From contig CAVUWD010000006.1 in the NCBI GenBank assembly GCA_963745025.1, forward strand, positions 32,001-96,000: a DNA stretch of 64,000 bases. The letters run 5' to 3'. Below, one piece after another: positions 41,439-51,646 of the stretch. Under the pieces are notes generated by a model. That model saw only the letters and a program-made list of their open reading frames with translations, searched no databases and had not been told where the DNA came from. A program made the translations under genes and the position numbers. This DNA comes from an uncultured delta proteobacterium (GTDB lineage Bacteria > Desulfobacterota > Binatia > JACPRU01). The stretch's first letter is position 1, and each line of letters opens with the position of its first letter.

Positions 41439-42320
41439 ATGGGGAGCACACAATCGAACGGCCTGGAGATCGCGTACGAGGAGATCGGTCCTCGCGCCGG
41501 ACGGCCGCTGGTTCTGGTGATGGGCCTCGGCGTCTCGCTCGTCTTCTGGGAAGACGAGTTCTGCGCGATGCTAGCCGAGCGCGGGCACCGGGTGATCCGC
41601 TTCGACAACCGCGACGTCGGCCGCTCGACCAAGCTCGACGCGCTCGGCATCCCGAACGTGATGGAGGCGATGACGGCGCTCGCGACCGGCAAATCGATCG
41701 CTGGGCCATATCTCCTGAGCGACATGGCGCGCGACACCATCGGTCTCATGGACGCCCTGGGGATCGAGCGCGCTCACGTCGTCGGCGCTTCGATGGGAGG
41801 CATGATCGGTCAGACGATGGCGATCGAACACCCACAGCGGCTGCGCTCGATGACGTCGATCATGTCGTCGACGGGGAGCCCGAGCGTTCCGCCGGGCAAG
41901 CCCGAGGCGATGGCGCTGCTGGTCCGGCCACCCGCGTCCGACCGTGCCGCGTACGTCGATCAGGCGGTGGAGGTTTGGCGGGTGATCGGCAGCCCGGGCT
42001 TCCCCTTCGACGAACAGCGCGTACGGGTGCGGGCCGCAGCGCACTTCGATCGTGGATACCACCCGCCGGGCGTCGCCCGCCAGCTCGTCGGTGTCGTCGC
42101 GTCGGGAGATCGGACGGCGGCACTGCGCAAGGTCTCGACACCATCGCTCGTGATCCACGGCGTGGACGACCCGCTCGTGCCAGTCGAGGGCGGGAAGGCG
42201 ACCGCGGCGGCCATCCCGGGCGCGCGCCTGCTCCTGATCGAAGGCATGGGACACGACATGCCGCGCGAGGCCTGGCCGCGGATCGTCGACGCGATCAGCG
42301 AGCTGACCGCCACGCACTAG
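41439..42320 (+). CDS. Alpha/beta hydrolase
   Basis: FDNRDVG, GASMGG, HGVDDPL, GMGHD. Confidence 0.9.
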   Translation: MGSTQSNGLEIAYEEIGPRAGRPLVLVMGLGVSLVFWEDEFCAMLAERGHRVIRFDNRDVGRSTKLDALGIPNVMEAMTALATGKSIAGPYLLSDMARDTIGLMDALGIERAHVVGASMGGMIGQTMAIEHPQRLRSMTSIMSSTGSPSVPPGKPEAMALLVRPPASDRAAYVDQAVEVWRVIGSPGFPFDEQRVRVRAAAHFDRGYHPPGVARQLVGVVASGDRTAALRKVSTPSLVIHGVDDPLVPVEGGKATAAAIPGARLLLIEGMGHDMPREAWPRIVDAISELTATH

Positions 42321-42721
42321 AGCACGAGCTTCCAGATCCAGATCACGACGATCGCGAGTTGGACGACGAAGAGCGTCGCGCGCACGAGCACCGCGGGCGG
42401 TGCAGTCGAGGCGATGTGCACCGCGGACTGCCCGAGCCGCGCGTAGAGCAGCGGCATGGCGAGACCGTCGGTGACGTCGCCCCGGCCCGCGACCGCGGCC
42501 GACAAGATCACCGCGCCGACCACGGGCAGCAACTCTACGCAGTTCAGATGCGCGCGCGTCAGCCGCTGGCCCAGCGGGTCGACGTCGGTGCCGGCGGGCG
42601 AGAAGGTGTTGACCGCCTTTCCGGTGCGCCGCGAGTAGATGACGCGGTAGTTCGCGAGCGAGAAGACGAGCAGGATTGTCCAGCCGGCGAACAAACAGAG
42701 CGCAACGAGCGATGGTGTCAT
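42317..42721 (-). CDS. MAPEG family membrane protein
   Basis: RLTRAHLNCVE, ARLGQSAVH, TM helices. Confidence 0.85.
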   Translation of the reverse strand: MTPSLVALCLFAGWTILLVFSLANYRVIYSRRTGKAVNTFSPAGTDVDPLGQRLTRAHLNCVELLPVVGAVILSAAVAGRGDVTDGLAMPLLYARLGQSAVHIASTAPPAVLVRATLFVVQLAIVVIWIWKLVL

Positions 42722-42911
42722 GTCTGCGAACCCCTCCTGGGAGACTCGGGTCAGCATGACACGGCACAATCGGATTCAAAAGAGTATTCGCGACTCGGGC
42801 GCTCCGCCGATCGCTCAGGACAGTTCTTGACGGATGTCCTCGGCACTTCCCCGGCAGCAGCGGGGGTAAACCCACCGCATCGGGTGCGCCGGTTTGGAAG
42901 GAAAGCGTCGC

Positions 42912-43045
42912 ATGGCTCGCGTGCCGTATCTCGAGAAGCCGGACCTGTCGGAGGTCGATCAGGACCTGCTGAAGCGTCCGATCTGGCTGTTCAAGGCCCT
43001 GGTGAACTCGCCCAATGCGGCACGAGCGTTCCATGGCCTAGGCAA
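42912..43045 (+). pseudogene. Carboxymuconolactone decarboxylase/AhpD-like N-terminal fragment
   Basis: MARVPYLEKPDL...LFKALVNSPNAARAF, then switches to unrelated sequence. Confidence 0.6.
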
Positions 43046-43139
43046 CATCGTGGTCCCCTCGCCCAAGGCCTACGTCAGCGCGGTCAACAAGCTCGGCAGC
43101 AAGATGGAGACGGTCAGCCCGCAGCATCAGCTCTCAGGT

Positions 43140-44870
43140 TCATTCCGGCAGGCCGGCCTTCAGCAGGGACTCGCAATGGTGTGCGAGGTCTGAATCGTGC
43201 CGGTAGCGCAGCAGCGGCACGCAGTGCTCGCGCACGGTGAAGCCCGGAATCCGCTTGAGTACTTCCGCGGCGTGGGCCGTCGCGCTCGGAACATTCCCCA
43301 GCTGGGCATGACAGGCGGCGAGCAGGGCGTGATGCAGGCTGTCCGGCGTGCTGATGTGCTGAAGAGATTCGATCGTCTCAGCGTAGCGCTTGGCGACGAA
43401 GTAGGCGCGCGCCAGATGGAACCAGAAGCGCTCCGGGTGATACGGGTTGAGGCGCATCGCCTTGCGGATCCAATCGATCCCTTCTTCCCCCTGACCCAGC
43501 CAGGTGAGGATTTCCCCCTGCTGCACCACGATCAGGTCGTCGTTCGGGTTGAGGGCGAGCGCGCGCTGCTGGTGGAAAACCGCCTTGTCGAGGTCGTTGC
43601 GCACCACGGCCAAGGCCGCGAGGATGCGGTGCACGTCGCTGTCGTTGTCGTCCAGTCCGAGCGCGACCTCGAGCTCGCGCTCGATCACGGTTTCGGTCGC
43701 GGCGCGATCCTGGCACCAACCGTGACCCCATTGCTGGCCGAGGATGCACGCGTACCAGGCATGCGCGTGCGCGTACTGGGGGTCCAGCTCGATGGCGCGC
43801 CGGATCAGGCCGACCGCCCTGACATTGTCGTCGCGATTGGACCGGTGGTGCAGGACCTTGGCCTCCAGCACGCACTCGTAAGCGGCCATGTTGCCGGTCG
43901 GCTTGCGCTCGGCGCGGCCGCGCGCCGCGGCCTCGACGCGCCCGGGTAGCGTCGCCACGATGGCGGACGTGATCTCGTCCTGGATCGCGAAGATGTCCTC
44001 GAGATCCCGGTCGTAGCGCTCGGCCCAGACCTGGTGGTCGGACTCGGCGTCGATCAGCTGCACGGTGACCCGCACCCGGTTGGCCGCGCGGCGCACGCTG
44101 CCCTCGATGACGTACTGGATGCCGAGTTCGCGCGCGATCTTCTTCACCTCCACCGCCTGGCCCTTGTACTTGAACGAGGTATTGCGCGAAATCACGAACA
44201 GGTCCCGGAAGCGCGACAGGTCGGTCAGGATGTCCTCGGTCAGCCCGTCGGCGAAGAATTCCTGTTCGGCCGCGCCGCTCATGTTGGCGAACGGGAGCAC
44301 GATGATCGACGGCTTCGTGTGGGACGCCGTCGCCACGACCCCGGCGCGGGCCGGAGGGGCATCCGCGACGATGCGGTAGACGCGCACGCCGCCGGCGATG
44401 TTCTTCAGTTCATGCTCGCCGAGGTCCTCGAACGTGAGTTCGAGCTTGCGATGCACCTCGTCGTGGATCTTGGCCGAGACGCAGATTCCACCTGGATGGG
44501 CGAGCGCTTCGACGCGCGCCGCGATGTTGACGCCATCGCCGTAGATCCGGTCCCCCTCGACGACGAGGTCGCCGAGGTTGACGCCGACCCGGAACGCCAT
44601 GCGCCGCGCCTCGGACAGCTTCGCATTGCGTGCCCCGAGTTCCGCCTGCAGCGCAAGCGCCGCATTGACTGCGTCCACGGCGCTGCCGAATTCCGCGAGG
44701 ATGTTGTCCCCCGGCATGTCCACCACGCGCCCGTGCTGGGACGCGACAATCCCCGCAATGACACCCCGGTATTCCGACAGGGTGCGCACGGTGGCAAGCT
44801 CGTCGGCGCCCATCAGGCGGCTGTAGCCCGCGACATCGGCACTCAGTATGGCTGCAAGGCGGCGCTGCAA
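43140..44870 (-). CDS. Adenylate/guanylate cyclase + TolB-N-like + TPR protein
   Basis: RRLAAILSADVAGYSRLM, GDGVNIAAR, PSIIVLPFAN, TPR repeats. Confidence 0.92.
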   Translation of the reverse strand: MQRRLAAILSADVAGYSRLMGADELATVRTLSEYRGVIAGIVASQHGRVVDMPGDNILAEFGSAVDAVNAALALQAELGARNAKLSEARRMAFRVGVNLGDLVVEGDRIYGDGVNIAARVEALAHPGGICVSAKIHDEVHRKLELTFEDLGEHELKNIAGGVRVYRIVADAPPARAGVVATASHTKPSIIVLPFANMSGAAEQEFFADGLTEDILTDLSRFRDLFVISRNTSFKYKGQAVEVKKIARELGIQYVIEGSVRRAANRVRVTVQLIDAESDHQVWAERYDRDLEDIFAIQDEITSAIVATLPGRVEAAARGRAERKPTGNMAAYECVLEAKVLHHRSNRDDNVRAVGLIRRAIELDPQYAHAHAWYACILGQQWGHGWCQDRAATETVIERELEVALGLDDNDSDVHRILAALAVVRNDLDKAVFHQQRALALNPNDDLIVVQQGEILTWLGQGEEGIDWIRKAMRLNPYHPERFWFHLARAYFVAKRYAETIESLQHISTPDSLHHALLAACHAQLGNVPSATAHAAEVLKRIPGFTVREHCVPLLRYRHDSDLAHHCESLLKAGLPE

Positions 44871-44940
44871 TGCGTTCCCTCGATCCTAGGACCCGGCCGA
44901 TATTATGTCGGATGCGGGTATCCGGGACTTACGCCGCGGA

Positions 44941-44994
44941 GGATAGCGGCTACAAGCGCCGGCGGAAAGCTACATACCGGTCGATCTCAGACGC
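44941..44994 (-). repeat. oriIS-like dispersed repeat (copy 5)
   Basis: Plus strand GGATAGCGGCTACAAGCGCCGGCGGAAAGCTACATACCGGTCGATCTCAGACGC. Confidence 0.8.
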
Positions 44995-45209
44995 TCGAGG
45001 AGCTGGGCCAGGCGATCCGCGACACCGCCCGCATCCTCTGGCCGGACGAGCAGGCACTCATCGGCACTTGAAGGACAAACACCCGCCAGTCTGGAATTGA
45101 AAGGACATCTACGTGGGAGGAACGACTTGGTTTCGTGGAGGGTTTCGGTGCCAACACTCGCGACTGATCGGCCTGCAGCCTCCCAGTGCGACGGGGCAGT
45201 GTGCGGAGG

Positions 45210-45974
45210 TTACGCATCACGCTCCATCGACTGGCCGCGGTGCCGGCGATAGATGTCCGCAGCCCATTGGAAGGCAGGATGTCCTTCCAGCGTCGCCCGG
45301 TACTTGGCAGCCGATGCCGGCAGCGGTGTCACCAGCGGATATGGAAACTCGGCGGGCATCACCACTGGCGAGAGCAGCGCCGCCGCAGTCAGGTCGGCAA
45401 CGCTGAAGGCGTTGCCGACGAGATACCCGCTGGGTTGGAGCTCGGCCGCAATGCGATCGAGCGACGCCTTGATCTTCGCGCGTCCTACCTCCGCCCCCTC
45501 GGCGTTGATGCGCATATCCATCCGCATGATGGTACTGACTACCGGATAGAGGGCTCGGTATATCCGCTGGGTGCCTGCACTGCATCCGACCGCGATCTGC
45601 GCCACGGTAAAGTCAGCGTCGGGCATCACCTCGTAGAACCACGTCCGACGCACGTGCGGCCCCAGCTCCTCATCGAAGAATTCCTCGAGCGCCATCGCGC
45701 GGTCCCGGTCGCTCGGCTCGGCTGGATGGAGCGGCGGATTCGGCCGCCAGCGCTCGAGCGCGTCGATGATACGCGTCGAGTCGGCGATGGCCTTGCCGTC
45801 AAGCACCAGCACGGGCACCGCCTTCTGCCCGGTCATCCAGAACACCCGCGGCACGTGCGCCCCGGGCAGCAACGAGCGGCGCACATGCGGTATGCGTTTG
45901 AAGTCCAACGCCCAACGCGCCTTCTCGTTGTAGTGCGAGTACTTGAATTGCCAGAGCACCGGGTCGGTCATCAC
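45210..45974 (-). CDS. Glutathione S-transferase family protein
   Basis: SHYNEKARWAL, VPVL, DSTRII, FSVADLTAA. Confidence 0.9.
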   Translation of the reverse strand: MMTDPVLWQFKYSHYNEKARWALDFKRIPHVRRSLLPGAHVPRVFWMTGQKAVPVLVLDGKAIADSTRIIDALERWRPNPPLHPAEPSDRDRAMALEEFFDEELGPHVRRTWFYEVMPDADFTVAQIAVGCSAGTQRIYRALYPVVSTIMRMDMRINAEGAEVGRAKIKASLDRIAAELQPSGYLVGNAFSVADLTAAALLSPVVMPAEFPYPLVTPLPASAAKYRATLEGHPAFQWAADIYRRHRGQSMERDA

Positions 45975-46040
45975 ACCTTCCTGCTATAATCCGTGCCTTA
46001 CCCAGTTCGCCTGGGAGCTCGACATTGGTTCCCGGTGGCG

Positions 46041-46511
46041 TCAGACCGCGACGCCATGCGGAAACCCGAGCGGCGGAAATTGCTCGATGGCTTTACTTGG
46101 GGTTGGCATCATCTCGACTTCGATCTGGCGCGTGGCGAACAGCCAGTGGCCATCCTTCAGCGTGAACTCGTCGTAATAGGTCCCCGTCGCGATGAAGCCT
46201 TCACCGGTCTGCTTGCTGACTGCACTCGCGAGCAGATAGCTGACGCCCGTCGCGCGCGTGCCCTGCACGTCGATCAGCGGCGACATGATCATGTGTTTGA
46301 GATGACGTACGCCCGCTTTGAAATGGGCTTCGTAGTAGGCATACCAGCCTTGGATGGCCTCGCGGCCGCGCACCTCGTAGCGGCCGTCGTAGAACGGCCT
46401 CAGCACGGCGTCCTCGGCGAACAGCGCGGCGACCTCGGCCGGCGTGCCGCGATCGACGCGGTGGCAGTAGGCGGCCAGTACCTGTTTGATGGCGGTGATG
46501 TCGTTGGACAT
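46041..46511 (-). CDS. SnoaL-like/NTF2 family protein
   Basis: YCHRVD, LFAEDA, GREAI, GTYYDEF, W.F..R. Confidence 0.85.
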   Translation of the reverse strand: MSNDITAIKQVLAAYCHRVDRGTPAEVAALFAEDAVLRPFYDGRYEVRGREAIQGWYAYYEAHFKAGVRHLKHMIMSPLIDVQGTRATGVSYLLASAVSKQTGEGFIATGTYYDEFTLKDGHWLFATRQIEVEMMPTPSKAIEQFPPLGFPHGVAV

Positions 46512-46792
46512 GGGCCGCTCCTTCCTCTCGGTTCAAGGCACTCGGTCGAGCACGGGCGGTGCGCTGGTCCTGCGCCGCACACAGCCGCTGCACCGAGTAT
46601 AGGCTGTCCACGCGTTGGGCGCCATGATCCCGTTCACCATCACGCCCGTGGAGTCGCGGTTCACTCGAACCGGGGCGCGGGCCGATCGATCGCGATCTGC
46701 CCTGGCGGCCAGTACGCCGACTCGGCGATCGTCGCATCCGCGAGGTTGTCGCGGATCACCTTCAGGACTTGGGTCAACGACTCGGGCTGCCG

Positions 46793-47551
46793 TCACGGTC
46801 GTGGCGTAGCGACGCCGGGACGATCCAAATGGCCGGCGGGGCGCAGGCAGTCGAGCCGCGCCCGCAGCGCTTCGAACCAGCGGCGGGCGATCTTCTTCTC
46901 GCCCGACTCGTTGGGATGCACGCCGTCGTAGGTATCGGCCCGCGGGTCGAAGCCCGTGTATTGGTCGACGACGATCAGGCGGGATTCCGGACGGTCTCGG
47001 TCGGCCGCCAGGCGCGCGATCGCGTCGTTCGTTCGCCTCATGATCTCATCGGGAACTCCGGCTGCAGGAATCAGCCCCGCGAGGTAGATCTCGACCATCG
47101 GGTTCGCTCGCCGAAGCGAAGCGACGATGGCGCCGAGGTTTGCGGCGATCCCCTGCGGATCGCTCCCGAGGTCGTTCGTGCCGAGGTGGAGAAGAACGAT
47201 CTCAGCCTTCGCATCCTGGGCCCAGCGATCGATCTGTGCCTTCACCTGCGCGGTGGTCCAGCCCCAGTGCCCTTCGTGGTCGGGGTCGAAGTCGGAGAAG
47301 CGCGGCTTTCCGCGGAACACGCCGCGACGGCTGCCGACGTAGTCGACGACGCATCCGTTGGCCTCGATGCTTTTCTGCAGCCAGTAGCGCCACGTGGCGT
47401 CGCCGGACGTTCCCTCGGTGATCGAGTCTCCGAGGGGCATGATGCGGACGGGGCGCCGCGGTCCGCCTTCAACGGCGTGGACAGAAAGCGGCGGGGCAGC
47501 CAGCACGAGCACAACCAGCGAGAGAAGCGTCCTGGCGCAGACTGCAGTCAT
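46793..47551 (-). CDS. Secreted SGNH/GDSL hydrolase
   Basis: IMPLGDSIT, HEGHWG, LGTND, DGVHP. Confidence 0.9.
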   Translation of the reverse strand: MTAVCARTLLSLVVLVLAAPPLSVHAVEGGPRRPVRIMPLGDSITEGTSGDATWRYWLQKSIEANGCVVDYVGSRRGVFRGKPRFSDFDPDHEGHWGWTTAQVKAQIDRWAQDAKAEIVLLHLGTNDLGSDPQGIAANLGAIVASLRRANPMVEIYLAGLIPAAGVPDEIMRRTNDAIARLAADRDRPESRLIVVDQYTGFDPRADTYDGVHPNESGEKKIARRWFEALRARLDCLRPAGHLDRPGVATPRP

Positions 47552-47611
47552 CCGCCTGACGATGGCACGTTCCCTTTCGGGGAGCGCGATCCCGGCGCGG
47601 ACTCGTTTCCT

Positions 47612-47765
47612 CCCCGCCCTAGCGCCAACACCTGCTGCTTCTTCTCTTCGGTCAAGACGTTGCCCATCCGACCGCCGGGCTCATCTCCCGCCGGCCTTCG
47701 TCAACGTCCCGAGCCGCTACTCCCGTTGGCCGCTTTTCAGCTGTCGATCATCGGCCGACTCTCAC
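47612..47765 (-). mobile_element. istA: IS21-family left end with truncated istA
   Basis: Reiterated TGA(G/A)A(G/A)..CGGCC end motifs, then MGNVLTEEKKQQVLALGR from ATG 47667 before similarity is lost. Confidence 0.65.
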
Positions 47766-47788
47766 GTAGGAGCGTTCCACGATTGCGG

Positions 47789-48091
47789 CTACGCGGCGCT
47801 CGCCGTGTTGATCGTCTTCTTCAACACCTGGCTCGGCTTGAACGACAGCACGCGCCGCCCGGAGATGACGATCTCCTCGCCGGTCTGCGGGTTTCGCCCC
47901 TTGCGTGGGCGCTTGGTGTGCACCACGAAGTTTCCGAACCCCGAGATCTTCACTTTCTCTCCCCGCTCCAGGCGCCGCTTGATCACCTCGAAGATCGCCT
48001 CGACGACTTCGGCGGCCTCCTTCTTCGAGAAACCGTCCTTCTCGACCTTCTCGTAAATACGTTCGACGATCTCCGCCTTGGTCATCGCCAT
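47789..48091 (-). CDS. ihfA: Integration host factor subunit alpha
   Basis: MTKAEI, VKISGFGNF, GRNPQTGE; follows pheT. Confidence 0.93.
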   Translation of the reverse strand: MAMTKAEIVERIYEKVEKDGFSKKEAAEVVEAIFEVIKRRLERGEKVKISGFGNFVVHTKRPRKGRNPQTGEEIVISGRRVLSFKPSQVLKKTINTASAA

Positions 48092-48117
48092 GGCATCACC
48101 TGTGAGCCGGCCGGCCG

Positions 48118-50514
48118 CTACCCACGGAGCTTCACGCCGAGCTCGCGGGTGATGCGCTCGATCAGGCTCTGATGGAATCGATTCACTTCGTCGTCGGTCA
48201 ACGTACGGTCAGGGGCACGATACGCGATGGAGTACGCGAGACTCTTCTTGCCGGCGGGCAACGGATCGCCGCGGTACAGATCGAACAAGTGAGCACTTTC
48301 GACGGGAAGGTCGGAGCATAGCGCAATGGTGTCGAGCACCGACTGGGCCTCGAGTCCTTCGTTCGCCACAATCGCCAGATCGCGGACGACGGTGGGGTAC
48401 TTCGGAAGTGGCTGGAACGTGATGCGGGCGGAAGCATAGGATTCGAGTTTTTCGAAGTCAAGTTCGAACGCCCATGGGGCGGGCTCGAGGTCCAAGGCCT
48501 TCGCGGCCTCGGGATGGAGGCCGCCGACGTAGCCGAACGCCTCCCCCTGCACACGTGCCAGCGCCGCCTTCCCGGGATGGAGGAAGGATGACAAGTCCCG
48601 GCTCGTCCACTCGACCCCGCCGATGCGGAATTCGCTGAGCAGCGCCTCGACCACGCCCTTAGCGTCGTAGAACGACTCGACACGGTCCTCGTGAAGGAGC
48701 CCCCGTTGGGGCAGCGCGCCGGTGAGCACGCCGCCGACGACGCGTCGCTCGCGAATTTTCCCGTCGCTCCAGAAGACGTTGCCGATCTCGAAGGCGCGGA
48801 TCCACTCCTCTCCTTGGCGGCGATTTCGCGCGGTCGCCATCAGCAGGTTCGGCAACAGGCTCCTGCGCATCTCCGAGGCCTCGCTGCTCATCGGGTTCCG
48901 CAGCGGCACCGGGGCGCTTCCCGCCGGGGTAAGGCCGGCGATCCGCCGGTTCCAATCCGCCCCGACGAAGCGGTGACAGATCATCTCATTCATCCCCTGC
49001 GCGACGAGCAGCTCGCGGACCCGAGCGGTGAGGCGGCGGTTCGCACCATCCAGGGCCGCCGCCACCGCCGCTTGCGGCAGGGTGGCAGGGATTCGGTCGT
49101 ACCCAGCGAGCCGGGCGATCTCCTCGATGAAGTCCACCTCGCGGGTGAGGTCTGAACGGTAGGACGGGGGCCGGCAGAGATACCCCCCCCTACCCGCGGC
49201 CTTGACGCCCGCCGAGACGCGCCGCAGGCTCTGACCGATCTCGGCGACCGGCAGCGCGGTGCCGAGCAAGCGGTTGGCACGGTCGGTCCGCACCAGCACC
49301 TCGGCCGCGGGCCGCGGATTCGGGTAAACGTCGACCCGGCCGGCAGCGACGTGACCATGCGCCAGCTTGGCGAGCAGTTCGGCGGCTCGATCCGCCGCTT
49401 GCGGGACGCCCTCGATGTCGACGCCGCGCTCGAAGCGGAGCGACGCTTCGCTCCTGAGCCCCAGCCGGCGCGAGGTCCGCCGCACCGTGCTCGGGGCGAA
49501 ATGCGCGGCCTCGAGCAGAACGTCGCTCGTGGCGGCGGTCACGGCGCTGTCGAACCCGCCCATCACGCCCGCCAGGGCCACCGCTCCGTCGCGATCGGCA
49601 ATGACGAGGTCGTCGGCTTCGAGCTCCCGATCGATCTCGTCGAGGGTGCGGACGACGATTCTTCCTCCGGCGCGCCGGACGATGATTTGCGCGCCGCGCA
49701 GGCGTGCGAGGTCGAACGCGTGGAGCGGCTGTCCGCGCTCGAGCATCACGTAGTTCGTCACGTCGACGACGTTGTTGATGGCGCGAACGCCGAGCATCTC
49801 GAGCCGACTCCGCATCCAAAGCGGTGAAGGACCGATCTTCACACCGCTCACCACCCGTGCCACGTAACGGCCGCAGAGGTCAGCGTCTTGGATCTCGACG
49901 CGGATCCTCTCCGCGCTCGCCGCCGGCTTCTCCGCCAGGCGCAGCGGGGAAATGCGCAGCCGCGCTCCGGTCAGCGCGGCGATCTCGCGGGCGACGCCGA
50001 GAATCGAGAGGCAGTCGCCGCGATTCGGCGTGATCGCCACGTCGAGTACCGTGTCCGCCGTCCCGAGGATTGCCGCCAGGGGGGCCCCGGGCGCGGCATC
50101 CGCGCCGAGAGGCATCACACCGCTGTGATCATCGGAGATACCGATCTCGCGTTCCGAGAGCAGTACCGCGGCGGACGGCACCCCGCGAATTTCCACTGCT
50201 TCGACGACGCGGCCGTCGGCCAGCGCGGCTCCGGGGAGCGCCACGGCGACTCGCAAGCCCGCCTCCACGTTGGGCGCACCCGACACCACCCGGAGGGTTC
50301 CGGCCGAGCCGAGATCGACCGTGCAGATCGAGAGGTTGTCCGCACGCGGGTGCGGCTCGAGCCCGACGATCCGCGCGGCGATCATGTGCTCGAAGGTGCC
50401 GTGCAGGTTCATCCCCTCGACTTCGAGTCCGGCCATGGTCAGCCGTTCCGCGATCCCCGCCGCCGAGAGCTCGACGGCGACGAACTCGCGAAGCCAGGCG
50501 AGCGAGACCTTCAA
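48118..50514 (-). CDS. pheT: Phenylalanine-tRNA ligase beta subunit
   Basis: TTG start overlapping pheS stop; ITPNRGDCLS, GQPLHAFD, RFERG, FDX-ACB end. Confidence 0.96.
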   Translation of the reverse strand: MKVSLAWLREFVAVELSAAGIAERLTMAGLEVEGMNLHGTFEHMIAARIVGLEPHPRADNLSICTVDLGSAGTLRVVSGAPNVEAGLRVAVALPGAALADGRVVEAVEIRGVPSAAVLLSEREIGISDDHSGVMPLGADAAPGAPLAAILGTADTVLDVAITPNRGDCLSILGVAREIAALTGARLRISPLRLAEKPAASAERIRVEIQDADLCGRYVARVVSGVKIGPSPLWMRSRLEMLGVRAINNVVDVTNYVMLERGQPLHAFDLARLRGAQIIVRRAGGRIVVRTLDEIDRELEADDLVIADRDGAVALAGVMGGFDSAVTAATSDVLLEAAHFAPSTVRRTSRRLGLRSEASLRFERGVDIEGVPQAADRAAELLAKLAHGHVAAGRVDVYPNPRPAAEVLVRTDRANRLLGTALPVAEIGQSLRRVSAGVKAAGRGGYLCRPPSYRSDLTREVDFIEEIARLAGYDRIPATLPQAAVAAALDGANRRLTARVRELLVAQGMNEMICHRFVGADWNRRIAGLTPAGSAPVPLRNPMSSEASEMRRSLLPNLLMATARNRRQGEEWIRAFEIGNVFWSDGKIRERRVVGGVLTGALPQRGLLHEDRVESFYDAKGVVEALLSEFRIGGVEWTSRDLSSFLHPGKAALARVQGEAFGYVGGLHPEAAKALDLEPAPWAFELDFEKLESYASARITFQPLPKYPTVVRDLAIVANEGLEAQSVLDTIALCSDLPVESAHLFDLYRGDPLPAGKKSLAYSIAYRAPDRTLTDDEVNRFHQSLIERITRELGVKLRG

Positions 50515-51551
50515 AACTGCCTCAAGAAGCGGAGGTCGTTCTCGTAGAAGAGCCGGATGTCGTCGATGCCGTGCTTGAGCATCGCCAGCCGCTCCACGCC
50601 CAGGCCGAAGGCGAATCCGGAAAACAGCTCGGGATCGTAGCCGACGAAGTGAAATACATTCGGGTCGATCAGGCCCGATCCGAGGATCTCGAGCCATCCG
50701 GAGCGCTTGCAGATCCGGCACGCGGCACCATCGGCTTGCTTGCCCGATGCGGCACACATCACACAGCCGATGTCGACCTCGGCGGAAGGCTCGGTGAAGG
50801 GGAAGAAGCTCGGCCGGAAGCGCACACGGGTTTCGGGCCCGAAGAAGCGGCGCAGGAACTCGGACAGCACGCCTTTCAGGTCACCGAAAGTGATCGCCCT
50901 GTCGACCAGAAACCCCTCTACCTGGTGGAACGTCGGCGAGTGGGTGGCGTCGTCGTCGCCCTGGCGAAACACGGCCCCCGGCGCAATCACTCGAAGCGGC
51001 GGTTGCCGCGTCTCCATCACGCGAATCTGTACCGGCGAGGTATGCGTACGCAGGACCCGGTCGTCCGTCACGAAGAACGTGTCGTGCATGTCTCGCGCCG
51101 GATGATCGCGCGGAATGTTGAGCGCCTCGAAGTTGTGGTAGTCGTCCTCGATCTCGGGTCCCTCTTCCACTCCGAATCCCATCTCGACGAAGATGCCGAC
51201 GACCTCGTCGAGCACCTGCGCGAGCGGATGCAGGTGTCCGAGCGGAACGCGAATGCCCGGCAAGGTGACGTCGAGACGCTCCTCGGCAAGACTCTTCGCG
51301 AGGCGCACATCCTCCAGGCGGCGGCGGATCGCGTCGATCCGTTCCTCGACTTCGGCCTTGATGGTATTGACGAGCTCGCCGATCGCCGGTCGCTCCGCCT
51401 CGGGAACCTCACGCATGCCGCGGAGCACTGCGGTAAGCTCGCCCTTGCGTCCGAGGTAGCGGACACGGACCTCTTCGAGGGCGGCTCCCTCCTCGCAGCG
51501 CTCCAGGTCCGCGAGGGCGGCCTGGCGTATGCGTTCGAGGTCGGAGCGCAT
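50511..51551 (-). CDS. pheS: Phenylalanine-tRNA ligase alpha subunit
   Basis: HPARDMHDTF, LRTHTSPVQ, FPFTEPS, GFAFGLG. Confidence 0.97.
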   Translation of the reverse strand: MRSDLERIRQAALADLERCEEGAALEEVRVRYLGRKGELTAVLRGMREVPEAERPAIGELVNTIKAEVEERIDAIRRRLEDVRLAKSLAEERLDVTLPGIRVPLGHLHPLAQVLDEVVGIFVEMGFGVEEGPEIEDDYHNFEALNIPRDHPARDMHDTFFVTDDRVLRTHTSPVQIRVMETRQPPLRVIAPGAVFRQGDDDATHSPTFHQVEGFLVDRAITFGDLKGVLSEFLRRFFGPETRVRFRPSFFPFTEPSAEVDIGCVMCAASGKQADGAACRICKRSGWLEILGSGLIDPNVFHFVGYDPELFSGFAFGLGVERLAMLKHGIDDIRLFYENDLRFLRQF

Positions 51552-51561
51552 GAATGGCTGT

Positions 51562-51645
51562 CGGCTACCGGCTTCCGACTACCGACTGCCCGCAAAGACC
51601 TCGCGTAGCCTCTGGGGTAGCCGGTAGTCGGTAGCCGGTAGCCTC
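51562..51645 (+). repeat. Inverted array of 7-bp tandem repeats (CGGCTAC family)
   Basis: CGGCTAC CGGCTTC CGACTAC CGACTGC ... GTAGCCG GTAGTCG GTAGCCG. Confidence 0.8.
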
Positions 51646-51646
51646 T

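Noticed and set aside
46592-46615. oriIS-like GCGTGGACAGCCTATACT on the minus strand
   Set aside because: No similarity to the rest of the repeat; more simply a TATACT -10 box for the SnoaL-like gene.
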